From an uncultured delta proteobacterium (lineage in GTDB: Bacteria; Myxococcota; Myxococcia; Myxococcales; Myxococcaceae), in NCBI GenBank assembly GCA_963771175.1, contig CAVYSY010000032.1:384001-448000 (forward strand): 64,000 nucleotides of DNA, given 5' to 3'. Of the stretch, positions 18,974 to 29,402 are shown one piece after another (the stretch's first letter is position 1; every line of letters begins with the position of its first letter). The notes beneath the pieces are model-generated. The model did no database searches and was not told the DNA's origin. It saw only the letters and a program-made list of their open reading frames with translations. The translations under genes were made by a program, and so were the position numbers.

Positions 18974-19896
18974 ATGGCCGGCCTGTCTCGACAAGACGCC
19001 TGTGGATCGTCTCCGGCAAGGGCGGCGTGGGCAAGAGCACCGTCGCCGCGGCGCTGGCGCTGGCGCTCGGCGCGCGCCGGAAGACGCACGCTGGTGTGCG
19101 AGGTGAACACGCAGGAGCGCATCAGCCGCTTCCTGGGGCATGAGCCCGTGGGCCCCGAGGTGCAGCATGCTGGAGGACGAACCTGTGGGCGGTGAACGTG
19201 CGCCCCCAGGAGTCCATGCGCGAGTACGCGCTGATGGTGCTGCGCTTCGAGACGCTCTACAAGACGGTCTTCGAGAACCGGTGGTGCGCTACTTCCTGCG
19301 CTTCATCCCCTCGCTGCAGGAGCTGGTGCTGCTGGGGAAGATCCTCTTCCACGCTGCAGGAGAAGCGGCCGGACGGGCAGGCCGCTGTACGACACCGTCG
19401 TGATGGACGCGCCGGCCACCGGCCACGCCATCACCTTCCTGCGGGTGCCGCAGGTGCTGCTGGAGACGGTGCCGCCCGGGCCCATGACCCGGGAGGCGCT
19501 CGAAGATGCGCGACCTCCTGGTGGACCCGGCGACGTCACGGCGGCGGTGCTGGTGTCCTGCCCGAGGAGATGCCGGTGAACGAGACGCTGGAGCTGCACG
19601 CGGCGCTGCGCGACCAGGTGCGGATGCGCACCGACGCGGCGGTGCTCAACACGGCCTTCCCCGAGCGCTTCACCGAGGACGACCTGGAGGCGCTGGCGGA
19701 CCACCCGGAGCTGCTGCGCGCTGGCGCGGGCGCACCATGACCGCGCGGCGCAGACGGTGCTCGCGGGATGAAGCTGGAGCGCAACCTGCACGTGCCGGTG
19801 TACCCGGTGCCGCGCCTCTTCACGCCGAGCTTCGGGCGCGAGGCCATCGAGCAGGTGGCGGCGAGCCTCGGACGAGCTGGTGCGGGGACGGCATGA
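18974..19896 (+). CDS. ArsA/Get3-family ATPase subunit A (frameshifted)
   Basis: [16 protein letters not shown] in place of switch [23 protein letters not shown] and [10 protein letters not shown]. Confidence 0.85.
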
Positions 19897-21047
19897 GCAC
19901 GAACCCGCTCTCCCGGCCGCTGGCCGACGAAGCGCATCCTCATCTGCGTGGGCTCGGGCGGCGTGGGCAAGACGACCGTGGCCGCCGACGCTCGCGCTGC
20001 GCGCGGCGGTGGACGGGCGCTCGGCCATCGTGTGCACCATCGACCCGGCGAAGCGGCTGGCCAACTCGCCTGGGCCTCTCCGCGCTGGGCAACGTCGAGG
20101 CGCGAGTGCCCGACGTCCGCGCTGGAGCCGCGGGGCTGAAGCCGCGCGGCCGCGCTCCACGCGATGATGCTGGACATGAAGCAGACGTGGGACGACCTCA
20201 TCACCCGGTACGCCCCACCGGACAAGCGCGAGCGCATCCTCTACAACCGCTTCTACCAGTCGCTCTCCAGCGCCCTCGCGGGCAGCCAGGAGTACATCGC
20301 GATGGAGAAGCTGTGGGAGCTGCGCAACCGGCGCGACTACGAGCTGATCGTGCTCGACACGCCGCCCACGGCGCACGCGCTGGACTTCCTCGAGGCGCCC
20401 AACCGGGTGCTGGACTTCCTCGACAACGAGGCGGCCAAGTGGCTGCTCACCCCGGCGCTCGCGGCGGGGAAGTTCGGCCTGTCGCTCTTCAACCTGGGCG
20501 GCAGCTACGTGGCGAAGACGCTCTCCAAGTTCACCGGCACGGAGACGCTGCAGGAGCTGTCCGGCTTCATGCTCGCCATCGCCTCGATGAACGAGAGCTT
20601 CCGGGAGCGCGCGCGCGGGGTGCGCGAGCTGCTCGAGGCGAAGCAGACGGGCTTCGTGCTGGTGACGAGCCCGGGCCGCGGAGCGGCTGGACGAGGCGAT
20701 GCACTTCCACACGGCTGCTGCAGCAGAACCGGATGGAGGTGGTGGCGGTGGTGGTGAACCGCGTGCACCCGATGCCGCGGCCCGGAGCTGTGGGAGGAGG
20801 CGAAGGGCCTGACTCCCACCCGGCGCGCGAAGGTGGAGGAGACGCTGCGGGAGCTGACGCTGCTGGCGGAGCAGGACGCGCAGGGCATCGCCCAGCTGCG
20901 CGGCGGCCGGCGGCCGGGACGCCGCTCGTCCAGGTGCCGCGCTTCGAGCTGGACGTGCACGACGTCGGCGCGCTGTGGCGCACGGGACGCTACCTGATGG
21001 GAGACGAAATGATTCCCACGCCTCCCCCCGCGCTCCCCCAGGGGTGA
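19893..21047 (+). CDS. ArsA/Get3-family ATPase subunit B (frameshifted)
   Basis: GSGGVGKTT, TIDPAKRLA, GSQEYIAMEKL and LDTPPTAHALDFL; ATGA overlap with subunit A. Confidence 0.85.
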   Translation: MSTNPLSRPLADEAHPHLRGLGRRGQDDRGRRRSRCARRWTGARPSCAPSTRRSGWPTRLGLSALGNVEARVPDVRAGAAGLKPRGRAPRDDAGHEADVGRPHHPVRPTGQARAHPLQPLLPVALQRPRGQPGVHRDGEAVGAAQPARLRADRARHAAHGARAGLPRGAQPGAGLPRQRGGQVAAHPGARGGEVRPVALQPGRQLRGEDALQVHRHGDAAGAVRLHARHRLDERELPGARARGARAARGEADGLRAGDEPGPRSGWTRRCTSTRLLQQNRMEVVAVVVNRVHPMPRPGAVGGGEGPDSHPAREGGGDAAGADAAGGAGRAGHRPAARRPAAGTPLVQVPRFELDVHDVGALWRTGRYLMGDEMIPTPPPALPQG

Positions 21048-21050
21048 GCC

Positions 21051-21545
21051 TCAGGAGTCACGGCACAACCTGTCCACCCGGTTGAGCAGCGTGGGGATGC
21101 GCGAGGGCCCGTGCATCCTCCGGACGCAGTCCGCGGCGGCACTCGCGTCCACGCCCACCGCCGTGACGAACAGCGGCCGCTGGCTCTGCCCGCGCAGCAC
21201 GGGCACGGCGAACGGACTGGCTTGGAACGCCGTCTTGGCCACGCCGATGACCGGGACTCGCCGCCCCAGCGCCTCGTACAGGTGCGCCCCGAGCCCCGGC
21301 TTCTCCTCTCCGAGCCACACGTACCCGTCGATGACGACCGTCTCCAGCGGCTCCCGCACCTCGGCGAGCACCTTCAGCAGGTGGGGCAATTCGCGGCGGT
21401 AGAACTGTCCGGGCTCATAGGGCTCGGCGGGGGGACCGCGCACCACCACGTGCGAGGCCTCGGCGGCATCGTCCCACTCGCGGAACAGCACACAGGCGGC
21501 CACGGTGACCTCGGACCGATAGTCCACATCCAGGCAGACCCGCAT
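21051..21545 (-). CDS. nfi: Endonuclease V family protein (short form)
   Basis: LDVDY, PYEPGQFYRRELP, VIDGYV, GLGAHL, IGVAKT and RIPT..RVD. Confidence 0.85.
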   Translation of the reverse strand: MRVCLDVDYRSEVTVAACVLFREWDDAAEASHVVVRGPPAEPYEPGQFYRRELPHLLKVLAEVREPLETVVIDGYVWLGEEKPGLGAHLYEALGRRVPVIGVAKTAFQASPFAVPVLRGQSQRPLFVTAVGVDASAAADCVRRMHGPSRIPTLLNRVDRLCRDS

Positions 21546-21706
21546 CGTCTTTCCTCCAACCCCTCCATGCTCGCCCACTTGCCGGGTGGCAGACCATTCG
21601 GGCGGGAAATCCCGGCCGAGGTTAAGCTGGACCCGCCAGGGAACTCCGGGACAGCACCTGCTGTCTTGGAGGCTGGAAACCGAGCTTCGGACCGGAGGAC
21701 ACATCT

Positions 21707-22837
21707 ATGTCGGCCACTTGGCGCAGGTGGGTGTTGGTGGGAGTTCTGGGCCTGGTGGGGTGTCGGACGACAGGCACGGCGGTGCGCGAGCCGCAGGCCG
21801 GGTCACCCAGGCAGGAGGTCCAGTTCGAACCGGTGACGGTGACGGCGGACCTGGAGCTGTCGTCACTCAACGACGAGGAGCTGTTCGCGGGCGGCACGTC
21901 GGCCTTCGCGGCCAACGACTTCGCCAAGGCGGCGCGCTACTTCGGGCGGCTGGCGGACTTCCACCCCGACAGCCAGCACCGGCGCTCGGCGCTCTACAAC
22001 GCGGGGCTCGCGCACGAGCGGCTGGAGCAGTGGGAGGACGCGGCGCATGCGCTTCTCCGAGCTGGCCGACGCGCAGACAGGCACGGGCGACGCGCTGGAT
22101 GCGGCCTACCGCCTCGGCGGAGACGCACTACCACCTGGAGCGCTTCGAGGACGCCGCGAAGGTGCTGAGGCACCATCGCCGAGCGGACGGACCTGCCGGT
22201 GGGCAAGCGCATGGAGGCCCAGGTGCAGCAGGGCGTGTGCGAGCTGGAGTCCGGGCAGCCGGAGAAGGCCGAGGCCACGCTGCAGAAGGCCGTCACCGCG
22301 TACGAGGGGCTCGAGGACAAGGACGAGGTGGAGGACTACTTCCCGGCGCAGGCGCACTTCTTCCGCGGGGAGATCTACCGGCTGTACTACGAGGCGGTGA
22401 AGCTGGACCCGGCGAAGGGCAGCGACACGCTGGCGAACGACCTCAACTACAAGGCCGAGCTGCTGCTGTCGGCGCAGGGCCACTACCTGCGCTCCATCCG
22501 GGTGGGCAACGGCCACTGGGCGACGGCGGCCGGTTCTCAGATTGGCGCGCTCTACGAGAACCTGTACGAGCACCTGGTGAACTCGCCGGCGCCGGCCGAG
22601 CTGGACGCGGAGGAGGCGCAGGTCTACCGCGAGGAGCTGCGCAAGAAGGTGCGGGTGCTGCTCACCAAGTCCATCAACATCTACGAGCGCACGCTGGAGG
22701 CGGCCGAGCGCATCGGCTCGCAGAACACCTTCGTGGACCGGACGCGCGAGAGCCTGGAGAAGATGAAGCGGCTGCTGCTGGCGGACACGGACGCGGCGCC
22801 GACTCCCGAGCCCGCGCAGGCCAATCCGCACTCCTGA
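21707..22837 (+). CDS. TPR lipoprotein (frameshifted)
   Basis: Lipobox LGLVGC and TPR helices across three frames. Confidence 0.8.
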
Positions 22838-22964
22838 GCCGGGCCCCTGCCCTCTCGCTCGGGAGGGGAGCGGCCCTCATGGAGCTGCCCTCCCGGGCCA
22901 TCGCCCCCGGGCTCGCCTCTCGCCAGATTCCGGAAGACCCCGGCGGCGAGGGACGTGAGCCCGG

Positions 22965-23507
22965 ATGAACAAGCTGGAAAGAGCCTTCGAGAAGCTCCTC
23001 TGGGCCAGCCGCTTCGTCATGCTGGGCGGCGTCGTCTTCAGCGCGCTGATGGCGCTGGGGGCCTTCTACATGGCGACGGTGGACGCCCTCTCGTTGCCGG
23101 GGCTGCTGCGCGACTACACGGGCACGGCGGTCGGAGGCGAGCAGCGGTCGCTCCTGCGCGCCAAGGCCCTCACGATGATCGTCAAGTCGGTGGACGGCTA
23201 CATCATCACCGCCATCCTCCTCATCTTCTCGCTGGGATTGTACGAGTTCTTCATCGGCAAGCTGGAGACGGCGCATGAATCGCCCCTCGCCCCTCGCCTG
23301 CTCCACATGGGGGGCCTGGAAGATCTCAAGGAGCGCATCGCCAAGCTGCTCGTGCTGGTGCTCGTCATCGAGTTCTTCCAGCGCGCCCTGCTCCTGGATT
23401 ACGACCAGCCGCTCGACCTCGTCTACATGGCGCTGGGCATCGTCCTCATCGGGGTGACGCTCTTCCTGGGCAAACTCACGTCCCGCGGCGCCCCCGGAGC
23501 GCACTGA
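22965..23507 (+). CDS. YqhA (UPF0114) membrane protein
   Basis: EKLLWASR, VDGYI...LLIFSLGLYEFFI and LEDLK. Confidence 0.85.
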   Translation: MNKLERAFEKLLWASRFVMLGGVVFSALMALGAFYMATVDALSLPGLLRDYTGTAVGGEQRSLLRAKALTMIVKSVDGYIITAILLIFSLGLYEFFIGKLETAHESPLAPRLLHMGGLEDLKERIAKLLVLVLVIEFFQRALLLDYDQPLDLVYMALGIVLIGVTLFLGKLTSRGAPGAH

Positions 23508-23553
23508 CCCCCTGGGACAGTACCGGGGTGAAGGTCTACGCTCCACGCCGCCC

Positions 23554-24747
23554 ATGGAGCCCATCTTCACGCCCGAGCAGCTCGCGGAAATCAAGGCCTA
23601 CCACCTGCCCCACTACGTCTGGAGCGGGGTGAGCCCCTTCCTCTACCTGGGCGTCCTGGGACTCATCCTGGGCGTGCTCGTGCGGCCCATCCACCACCGC
23701 GCCGAGGCCTGCGCGGACTGGCTGTCCCAGCGGCTCGCGTTCCTGCGGACGGCGCCGGTCAGCCGCGCCTTCTTCAAGGCCATGGACCTGCTCTGGGGCG
23801 AGTCCGGCTGGGGCACCGCGCTGCTCTTCGCGCTCTTCGTGGACCTCTTCATCACGGTCCTCTACCTCCCGGCGAACATCTACTTCGGCTACGTGCTGGA
23901 GCATCAGTACGGCATGTCCGCGTACACCCCGCTCCGCTACGCGCTGGACGAGCTCAAGGACATCTCGCTGGAGGCACTCGCCACCTCGACGCTGGTGCTC
24001 GGCCTGTACGGACTGGCCCGGCGGGTGAAGCGCTGGTGGCTCGTGCTGGGAGTCCCCTCGGCGCTGCTGCTGCTGGTGGCCTCGGCGCTCGACCCGTACC
24101 GCAGCCGGGTCTTCTTCGACCAGGAGCCCCTGGAGCAGGGCCCCGTGCGCGAGCGCATCACCGCGCTGATGGCGCGAGCGGACATCTCCTTCGCGGACGT
24201 GCTGGTGGAGAAGACGTCCGTGGCGAGCAAGCGCGTGCAGGCCTACTTCGCGGGCCAGGGCCCTACCCGCACCATCGTGCTCAACGACACCATGCTCCGC
24301 GAGTTCTCACCGGAGGAGATCCTCGCCGCCGTCGCGCACGAGGCGGGTCACGTCCACGAGTCGAAGTGGCCGGGGCGCATCGCCTCGTCGCTGGCGCTGG
24401 TGGCGCTCCTCTTCGTCATCGACCGGCTGCTGCGGCAGGCCGCGGCTCGGGGGTGGTTCGGCACCACGCGCTTCGCGGACATCCGCACCCTCCCGCTGCT
24501 GTGGCTGCTCATCTTCCTCATCTTCTCCCTGAGCGGCCCTGTCTCCGCGGCCTTCTCGCGCGAGCGCGAGCTCGAGGCCGACCGCTACGCCCTGCGGCTC
24601 ACCCAGGACCCCACCGCCTTCCGCCGCATGCTGGTGAAGGCCACCCGGGTGAACAAGATGGACCCCGAGCCGCCTCGCTGGCTCGTCCTCAAGGGCTACA
24701 CCCACCCGCCCATGGGCGAGCGCCTCGCCGCCCTGCCTCCTCCCTGA
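23554..24747 (+). CDS. M48 (Ste24-like) membrane metalloprotease
   Basis: AHEAGH zinc motif, ELEADRYA, THPP..ER and N-terminal TM segments. Confidence 0.9.
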   Translation: MEPIFTPEQLAEIKAYHLPHYVWSGVSPFLYLGVLGLILGVLVRPIHHRAEACADWLSQRLAFLRTAPVSRAFFKAMDLLWGESGWGTALLFALFVDLFITVLYLPANIYFGYVLEHQYGMSAYTPLRYALDELKDISLEALATSTLVLGLYGLARRVKRWWLVLGVPSALLLLVASALDPYRSRVFFDQEPLEQGPVRERITALMARADISFADVLVEKTSVASKRVQAYFAGQGPTRTIVLNDTMLREFSPEEILAAVAHEAGHVHESKWPGRIASSLALVALLFVIDRLLRQAAARGWFGTTRFADIRTLPLLWLLIFLIFSLSGPVSAAFSRERELEADRYALRLTQDPTAFRRMLVKATRVNKMDPEPPRWLVLKGYTHPPMGERLAALPPP

Positions 24748-24796
24748 AAAAGAGTGTCGGCGGGCGGGCCCCCATGTCAGGCCCACCCGCCGACGC
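24747..24796 (-). terminator. Intrinsic terminator of the minus-strand chaperone operon
   Basis: Stem of about 17 bp (GTGTCGGCGGGCGGGCC / GGCCCACCCGCCGACGC) followed on the minus strand by TCTTTTT. Confidence 0.65.
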
Positions 24797-24867
24797 CCCC
24801 GCCAGACCGCCTGTCGCCCCCGACAGTCCCCTCTCAGCGGCCCGGCGGCTCCCACGCGCCCCCGGGA

Positions 24868-25383
24868 CTACGCCCGGGGCTGCTCCGTCTTCATCTTCTC
24901 CACCGCCGCCAGCGCGATGGCCTTCACCAGTGCCTTCGCCCGTCGGCCCGCCGACGTCTCCCCGTTCGGGTCCGCCTCCACCGCGTTCGCGATGTCCGTG
25001 AAGCCCTGCCGGTTGCCCTGCCGCAGGTACAGCTCGCCGCGGTTCGTCAGCGCCACCGGGTTGCGCGGGTCCCTCTCCAGCGCCGCGCTGTACTCGGTGA
25101 TGGCGTCCTGCAGCCGTCCCAGCTTCTGGTACACCGTGCCCAGCGCCGCTCGGCTCGCCGAGTCCTTCGGGTTCCCCTCCACCAGCCCCTCGAAGAGGAT
25201 GCGCGCCTCCTCGTAGCGCCCCGCTCCCGCCAGGTCACACCCCACCTGCGCGATCGCCTTCGCCTCCTCGAAGGTCATCCCCTCCACCTCCGCCCACGTC
25301 AGCTCCCCTCGCACGAACGCCTTCAGCTTCTCCGTCGTCGCCGTATCCATCGCCGCTCCCTCGTACTTGATGACCCGTCCCAT
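24868..25383 (-). CDS. SycD/LcrH-like TPR chaperone (type III secretion class II-like)
   Basis: TWAEVEGMTFEE..AI...G..L...GRYEEARILFEGL...NP.D followed by three TPR repeats. Confidence 0.75.
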   Translation of the reverse strand: MGRVIKYEGAAMDTATTEKLKAFVRGELTWAEVEGMTFEEAKAIAQVGCDLAGAGRYEEARILFEGLVEGNPKDSASRAALGTVYQKLGRLQDAITEYSAALERDPRNPVALTNRGELYLRQGNRQGFTDIANAVEADPNGETSAGRRAKALVKAIALAAVEKMKTEQPRA

Positions 25384-25390
25384 CGCCGCC

Positions 25391-26542
25391 TCACGCGCTC
25401 CGCATGTTGGAGAGGGCCGTCTTCGCCATCTCGTTGAACTTCATGGACAGCGTGCTCATCATCTCGAACATCGTCTTGCGCTTCTCGATGAGCTTCTGGA
25501 GCCGCAGGTTGATGCGCTCGATGTTCCGGTCCGCATCCGCGGCCTTCTTCTCGTTGCCCTTGTCATTGGAGATGCCGGCCTTCGCGTCCTGAGCCGCCGC
25601 GAGGTCATCCATCGTCTTGAGGATGTCGTCGTCCATCCTCTCCGTGAGGGCCATGAGGATGGCCTCGATCTTCTCCTCGAGGCTCATGCTGGGGTCGTTG
25701 ATGATGCCCTTGACGCTCGAGCTGGCCGAGCCACCCGTGGACGGCGGCGGCTTCGTCGGCTCCTCGGGCCGCGTGCTGCCAACCGGCGGCTGCGTCCCCA
25801 CGCCGGTACCGGGCGGCGGCGTCATGGGCGCCCCCGAACCCGGGCTCTCGGGCCTCCCGTACTGGGCGAAGTCCGCCTTCACCTTGAGGATCTCGCTCTT
25901 GATGTTGTTCAGGGTGATGCGGTCGTTGTTCGAGACATCCTTGACGAGATTCCCCAGGCCGTTCCCCAGGAGGAGCGCGGAATCGAGCCGCTCGAAGTAG
26001 CCCGGGTTGTCCACGAGGAAGCGGGCCGCGTCGCGCAGCCCCGGCGACATGCGCGAGTCGTTCGAGATGCGCTTCAGGTCATCCAGGGAGATGGACCCGT
26101 CCAGCTTCCCGTCCGTCGCGTCGAGCATGTTGAAGTTCTGCTCAGAGCTTCTGCAGCGCATCGAGGTAGCCCACCATCTTCGGGTCGAGCTGGCTGCCCC
26201 CGGTGACGGGACTGGCCTCGTGGGGGCCACTCGTCTCCACCGGCGAGGCCCCGTGCTCCCGGGGCTTCGGCTTCGCATAGCCCTCGCAGGCCTGGCTCTC
26301 GTCCTTCGGCATCTTGTACTCGGTGACGGCCGGCGGGTTCTTGCTCAGCTCCTGCGCGAGCCCCATCGCGCCATCGGCCGCCAGCATCACGTTGCCCGTC
26401 GCCGCTCCCACCACCGTCTTGATGGCGTTGGTCACCACCGGCGGCAGTCCCAGCGCGTTGCCCGCCGCGTCGAACAGCGCGCCCCCGACAGCAGGTTCGT
26501 CACTCCGCCCAGCGCACTCCCCAATCCCTTCAGAAAGTCCAT
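25391..26542 (-). CDS. Putative type III-secreted translocator/filament-like protein (frameshifts near 26485 and 26143)
   Basis: Gly/Ala-rich N-terminus MDFLKGLGSALGG, EF-like DATDGKLDGSISLDDL...AARFLVDNPGYFERLDSA, Pro linker, C-terminal coiled coil. Confidence 0.6.
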
Positions 26543-26753
26543 GCTCAGGTCCCCCGCGCGGCCGGGAGGCTCCGTGCCTCCGATGTGCCGCGCCGTGTTC
26601 CGCGCCCGACGCATTGCAGCGGCGATGCCGACCCTCGGCCCCGGCACAACTCCAACGAATCCCAGTGGGTTAGCCCGCTCACCGGGCGAGCACGGTCCTG
26701 CCCCACGGACGGTGCGGTCCACGCAGGGGGATTGCGGTTAGATTCCGCCGCTC

Positions 26754-27212
26754 ATGCGAACCCTGGGCCTCGACTTCGGCACCAAGACCATCGGCGTCGC
26801 CGTCTCGGATGGGCTGGGCCTCACCGCCCAGACCGTCACCACCATCCGCCGCACCAGCCTCAAGGCGGACCTCGCCGCCCTCGGGGAGCTGGTGCGCGAA
26901 TACGAGGCCGAGTGCTTCGTCGTCGGGCTGCCCCTCAACATGGATGGCTCCGAGGGCCCCCGCGCCGAGTCCACCCGCAAGTTCGCGGACACCCTCACCC
27001 AGGCCCTCGGCCTGCCGGTGGAGCTATGGGACGAGCGCCTGTCCACCGTGGCCGCCCAGCGCACCCTGCTCGAGGCGGACCTGTCCCGCGCCAAGCGCCG
27101 CGAGGTCATCGACCAGATGGCCGCGCAGTTCATCCTCCAGGGCTGGCTCGATGCCCGACGCCCCGCGTCCTCGGAGGAGTTCCATGCCGACGATTACGAC
27201 CCGGAGACGTAA
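26754..27212 (+). CDS. ruvX: Holliday junction resolvase-like RuvX/YqgF
   Basis: LGLDFGTKTIGVAVSD, VGLPLNMDG, WDERLST and IDQMAAQFILQ. Confidence 0.95.
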   Translation: MRTLGLDFGTKTIGVAVSDGLGLTAQTVTTIRRTSLKADLAALGELVREYEAECFVVGLPLNMDGSEGPRAESTRKFADTLTQALGLPVELWDERLSTVAAQRTLLEADLSRAKRREVIDQMAAQFILQGWLDARRPASSEEFHADDYDPET

Positions 27213-28287
27213 GTGAAGAAAGTCCTCCTCGCCCTGCTCGTGCTCGGCGTGCTCGCGGCGCGCCGCCGCGGGCGGCTGGTACCTCCGCCGCGAGCAGAAG
27301 ATCACCTCCTTCGCGGCCACCCCCGTCACGCTGCCCCAGGAGGGCGTCACCGTGAGCGTGCCCAACGGCACCGGCCCGAAGGCACTCGCGCGGCTGCTCG
27401 CGGACGCGGGCATCGTCACCGACCCGGAGCTGCTCTACCTCTACATCCGCCGCGAGCAGGCCGGCCCCCGGCTCAAGGCCGGTGAGTACCTCTTCGAGGG
27501 CACCCTCACCCCCGCCCAGGTGGTGGAGCAGCTCGCCTCCGGCAAGGTGAAGGTCTACCGCTTCACCGTCCCCGAGGGACTGCGCGTCGAGGAGATCCTC
27601 CCCATCGTCGCCAATTCGGAGCTGAAGCTGGACCTCCAGCGGATGGAGCAGCTCGCGACGGACCCCAACTTCCTGCGCAAGGCCGGCGTGCCCACCATCT
27701 CCATCGAGGGCTTCCTCTACCCGGACACGTACACCTTCACCCGCGGCGCCTCCGAGGAGAAGGTGCTGACGAAGATGGTGGAGCGCTCGCTGGAGGAGTA
27801 CCGGAAGGCGGACGCGCAGCGGAAGAGCGGCGTGAAGCTCTCCTTGCTGGAGACGTTCACCCTGGCCTCCATCGTGGAGAAGGAGACGGGCCAGCCCCAG
27901 GAGCGGCCCCGCATCTCGTGCGTCTTCCACAACCGGCTGCGCCAGGGCATCAAGCTGCAGACGGACCCCACGGTCATCTACGCCATGAAGCTGCTGCGTG
28001 GGGTGTACTCCAAGAACATCAAGAAGAAGGACCTGGAGACGCCGCACCCGTACAACACGTACACCACCCCGGGGTTGCCACCGGGGCCCATCGCCAGCCC
28101 GGGTGCCGCCGCCCTCCAGGCCGCCCTCCATCCGCTTGACTGCGACGACCTCTTCTTCGTGTCGCGCAACGATGGCACCCACATCTTCTGCCCCACCCTG
28201 GACTGCCACGAAGCGGCGGTGCGGCAGTGGCAGGTGGAGTTCTTCCGCAAGCAGCGCCGGCAGCAGCGGACGGGCGGCGCGAACTAG
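27213..28287 (+). CDS. mltG: Endolytic transglycosylase MltG (frameshift near 27260)
   Basis: LKAGEY, EGFLYPDTY, LASIVEKET, LQTDPTVIY and YNTY...GLPPGPI. Confidence 0.93.
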
Positions 28288-28447
28288 CCCCACCCGTTCG
28301 GCCCTCGGGCCACCGTGATGTCGCTCGGAGCCTCCGCCAACCCGACGGTCGAGGCAGGGCAACACGCGGAGGGACGCTCTCTCTTCGAGCCAGGGTGTCC
28401 ACTTTAGGGAGGCAGGGAAAACAACCCCTTCTTCCACGAGGTGGATC

Positions 28448-29402
28448 ATGGCGACGGCGATTGCAGGAGAGAGCGGGAGTGGGCTTCCTGTCAGGCCCTC
28501 CGGTGAAGGTGAGCTGGGGCTCCATCTTCGCCGGGACGGTGAGCGCACTGGGTCTGTGGGTGCTGCTCTATGCGCTGGGCCTCGCGCTGGGGCTGTCCTC
28601 CATCAATCCGCAGGACGTCGGCAGCGCGAAATCCTCCGGCGTCTTCACCGGCATCTGGGGCATCATCTCCCCGCTGATCGCCCTCTTCGTCGGCGGCATC
28701 GTGGCCGGACGTGGCTCGGGAGCCCAGACAAAGGCGAGCGGCGGCATCCACGGCCTCGTGATGTGGGGCCTCACCACGCTGGTGGGACTGTGGCTGATGG
28801 GCAACCTGCTGTCCGCCCTGGCGGGCGGGCTGTTCTCCGTGGGCAAGACGGCCGTCCAGGCAGCCGGTTCGGCGGTGGCGGTGGGGGCCTCCCAGGCCGG
28901 AGGCGTGGGTCAGGCCGCCCAGAGCTTCGGGCTCGATGCCGATGATGCCCTGCGCCCCATCAACGAGCGCCTGCGCGCCGAGGGCAAGCCTCCCGTGACG
29001 GCGGAGCAGATCCAGGCCGCGACCCGCGACGTGGTGCAGACGGCGGTCCGGGAGGGACGCCTCGACCGGCAGCTCCTCGTGAACTCCATCGCCGAGAAGA
29101 CGGCCCTGTCCCGCGCGGACGCCGAGGACGTGGCGAGCCGGGTGGAGTCCCAGTTCAATGCCTTCAAGGCCCAGGCGGGACAGATGGCCCAGCAGGTGCA
29201 GACGGGCGCGCTCAAGGCCGCGGATGTCACCGGCAAGGCGCTCTGGGGCATCTTCGGCGCCCTCTTCCTGGGGCTCATCTCCGCCATCCTCGGGGCCACG
29301 GTGGGCGTGAGCAAACGCCAGCGCATCTACGCCGAGGGCGCGGTCGTGACGACTCCGCCGGAGGGTGGCGTGCCTCCCCCGCGCCGCGAGGTGTACCCGT
29401 AG
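28448..29402 (+). CDS. Membrane protein with the VSWGSIFAG motif (YrzE-like); start uncertain, possible 5' indel
   Basis: VSWGSIFAG...LGLALGL, HGLVMWGL, soluble helical insert and C-terminal TM. Confidence 0.75.

Noticed and set aside
18974..21047. Arsenic resistance locus
   Set aside because: No arsB, acr3, arsC, arsD or arsR nearby; the motifs match the Get3-like heterodimer class.
26574..26592. Sigma54 promoter for the T3SS-like operon (minus strand GGCAC-N7-GC)
   Set aside because: Lacks TGG and TTGC flanks; likely chance in GC-rich DNA.
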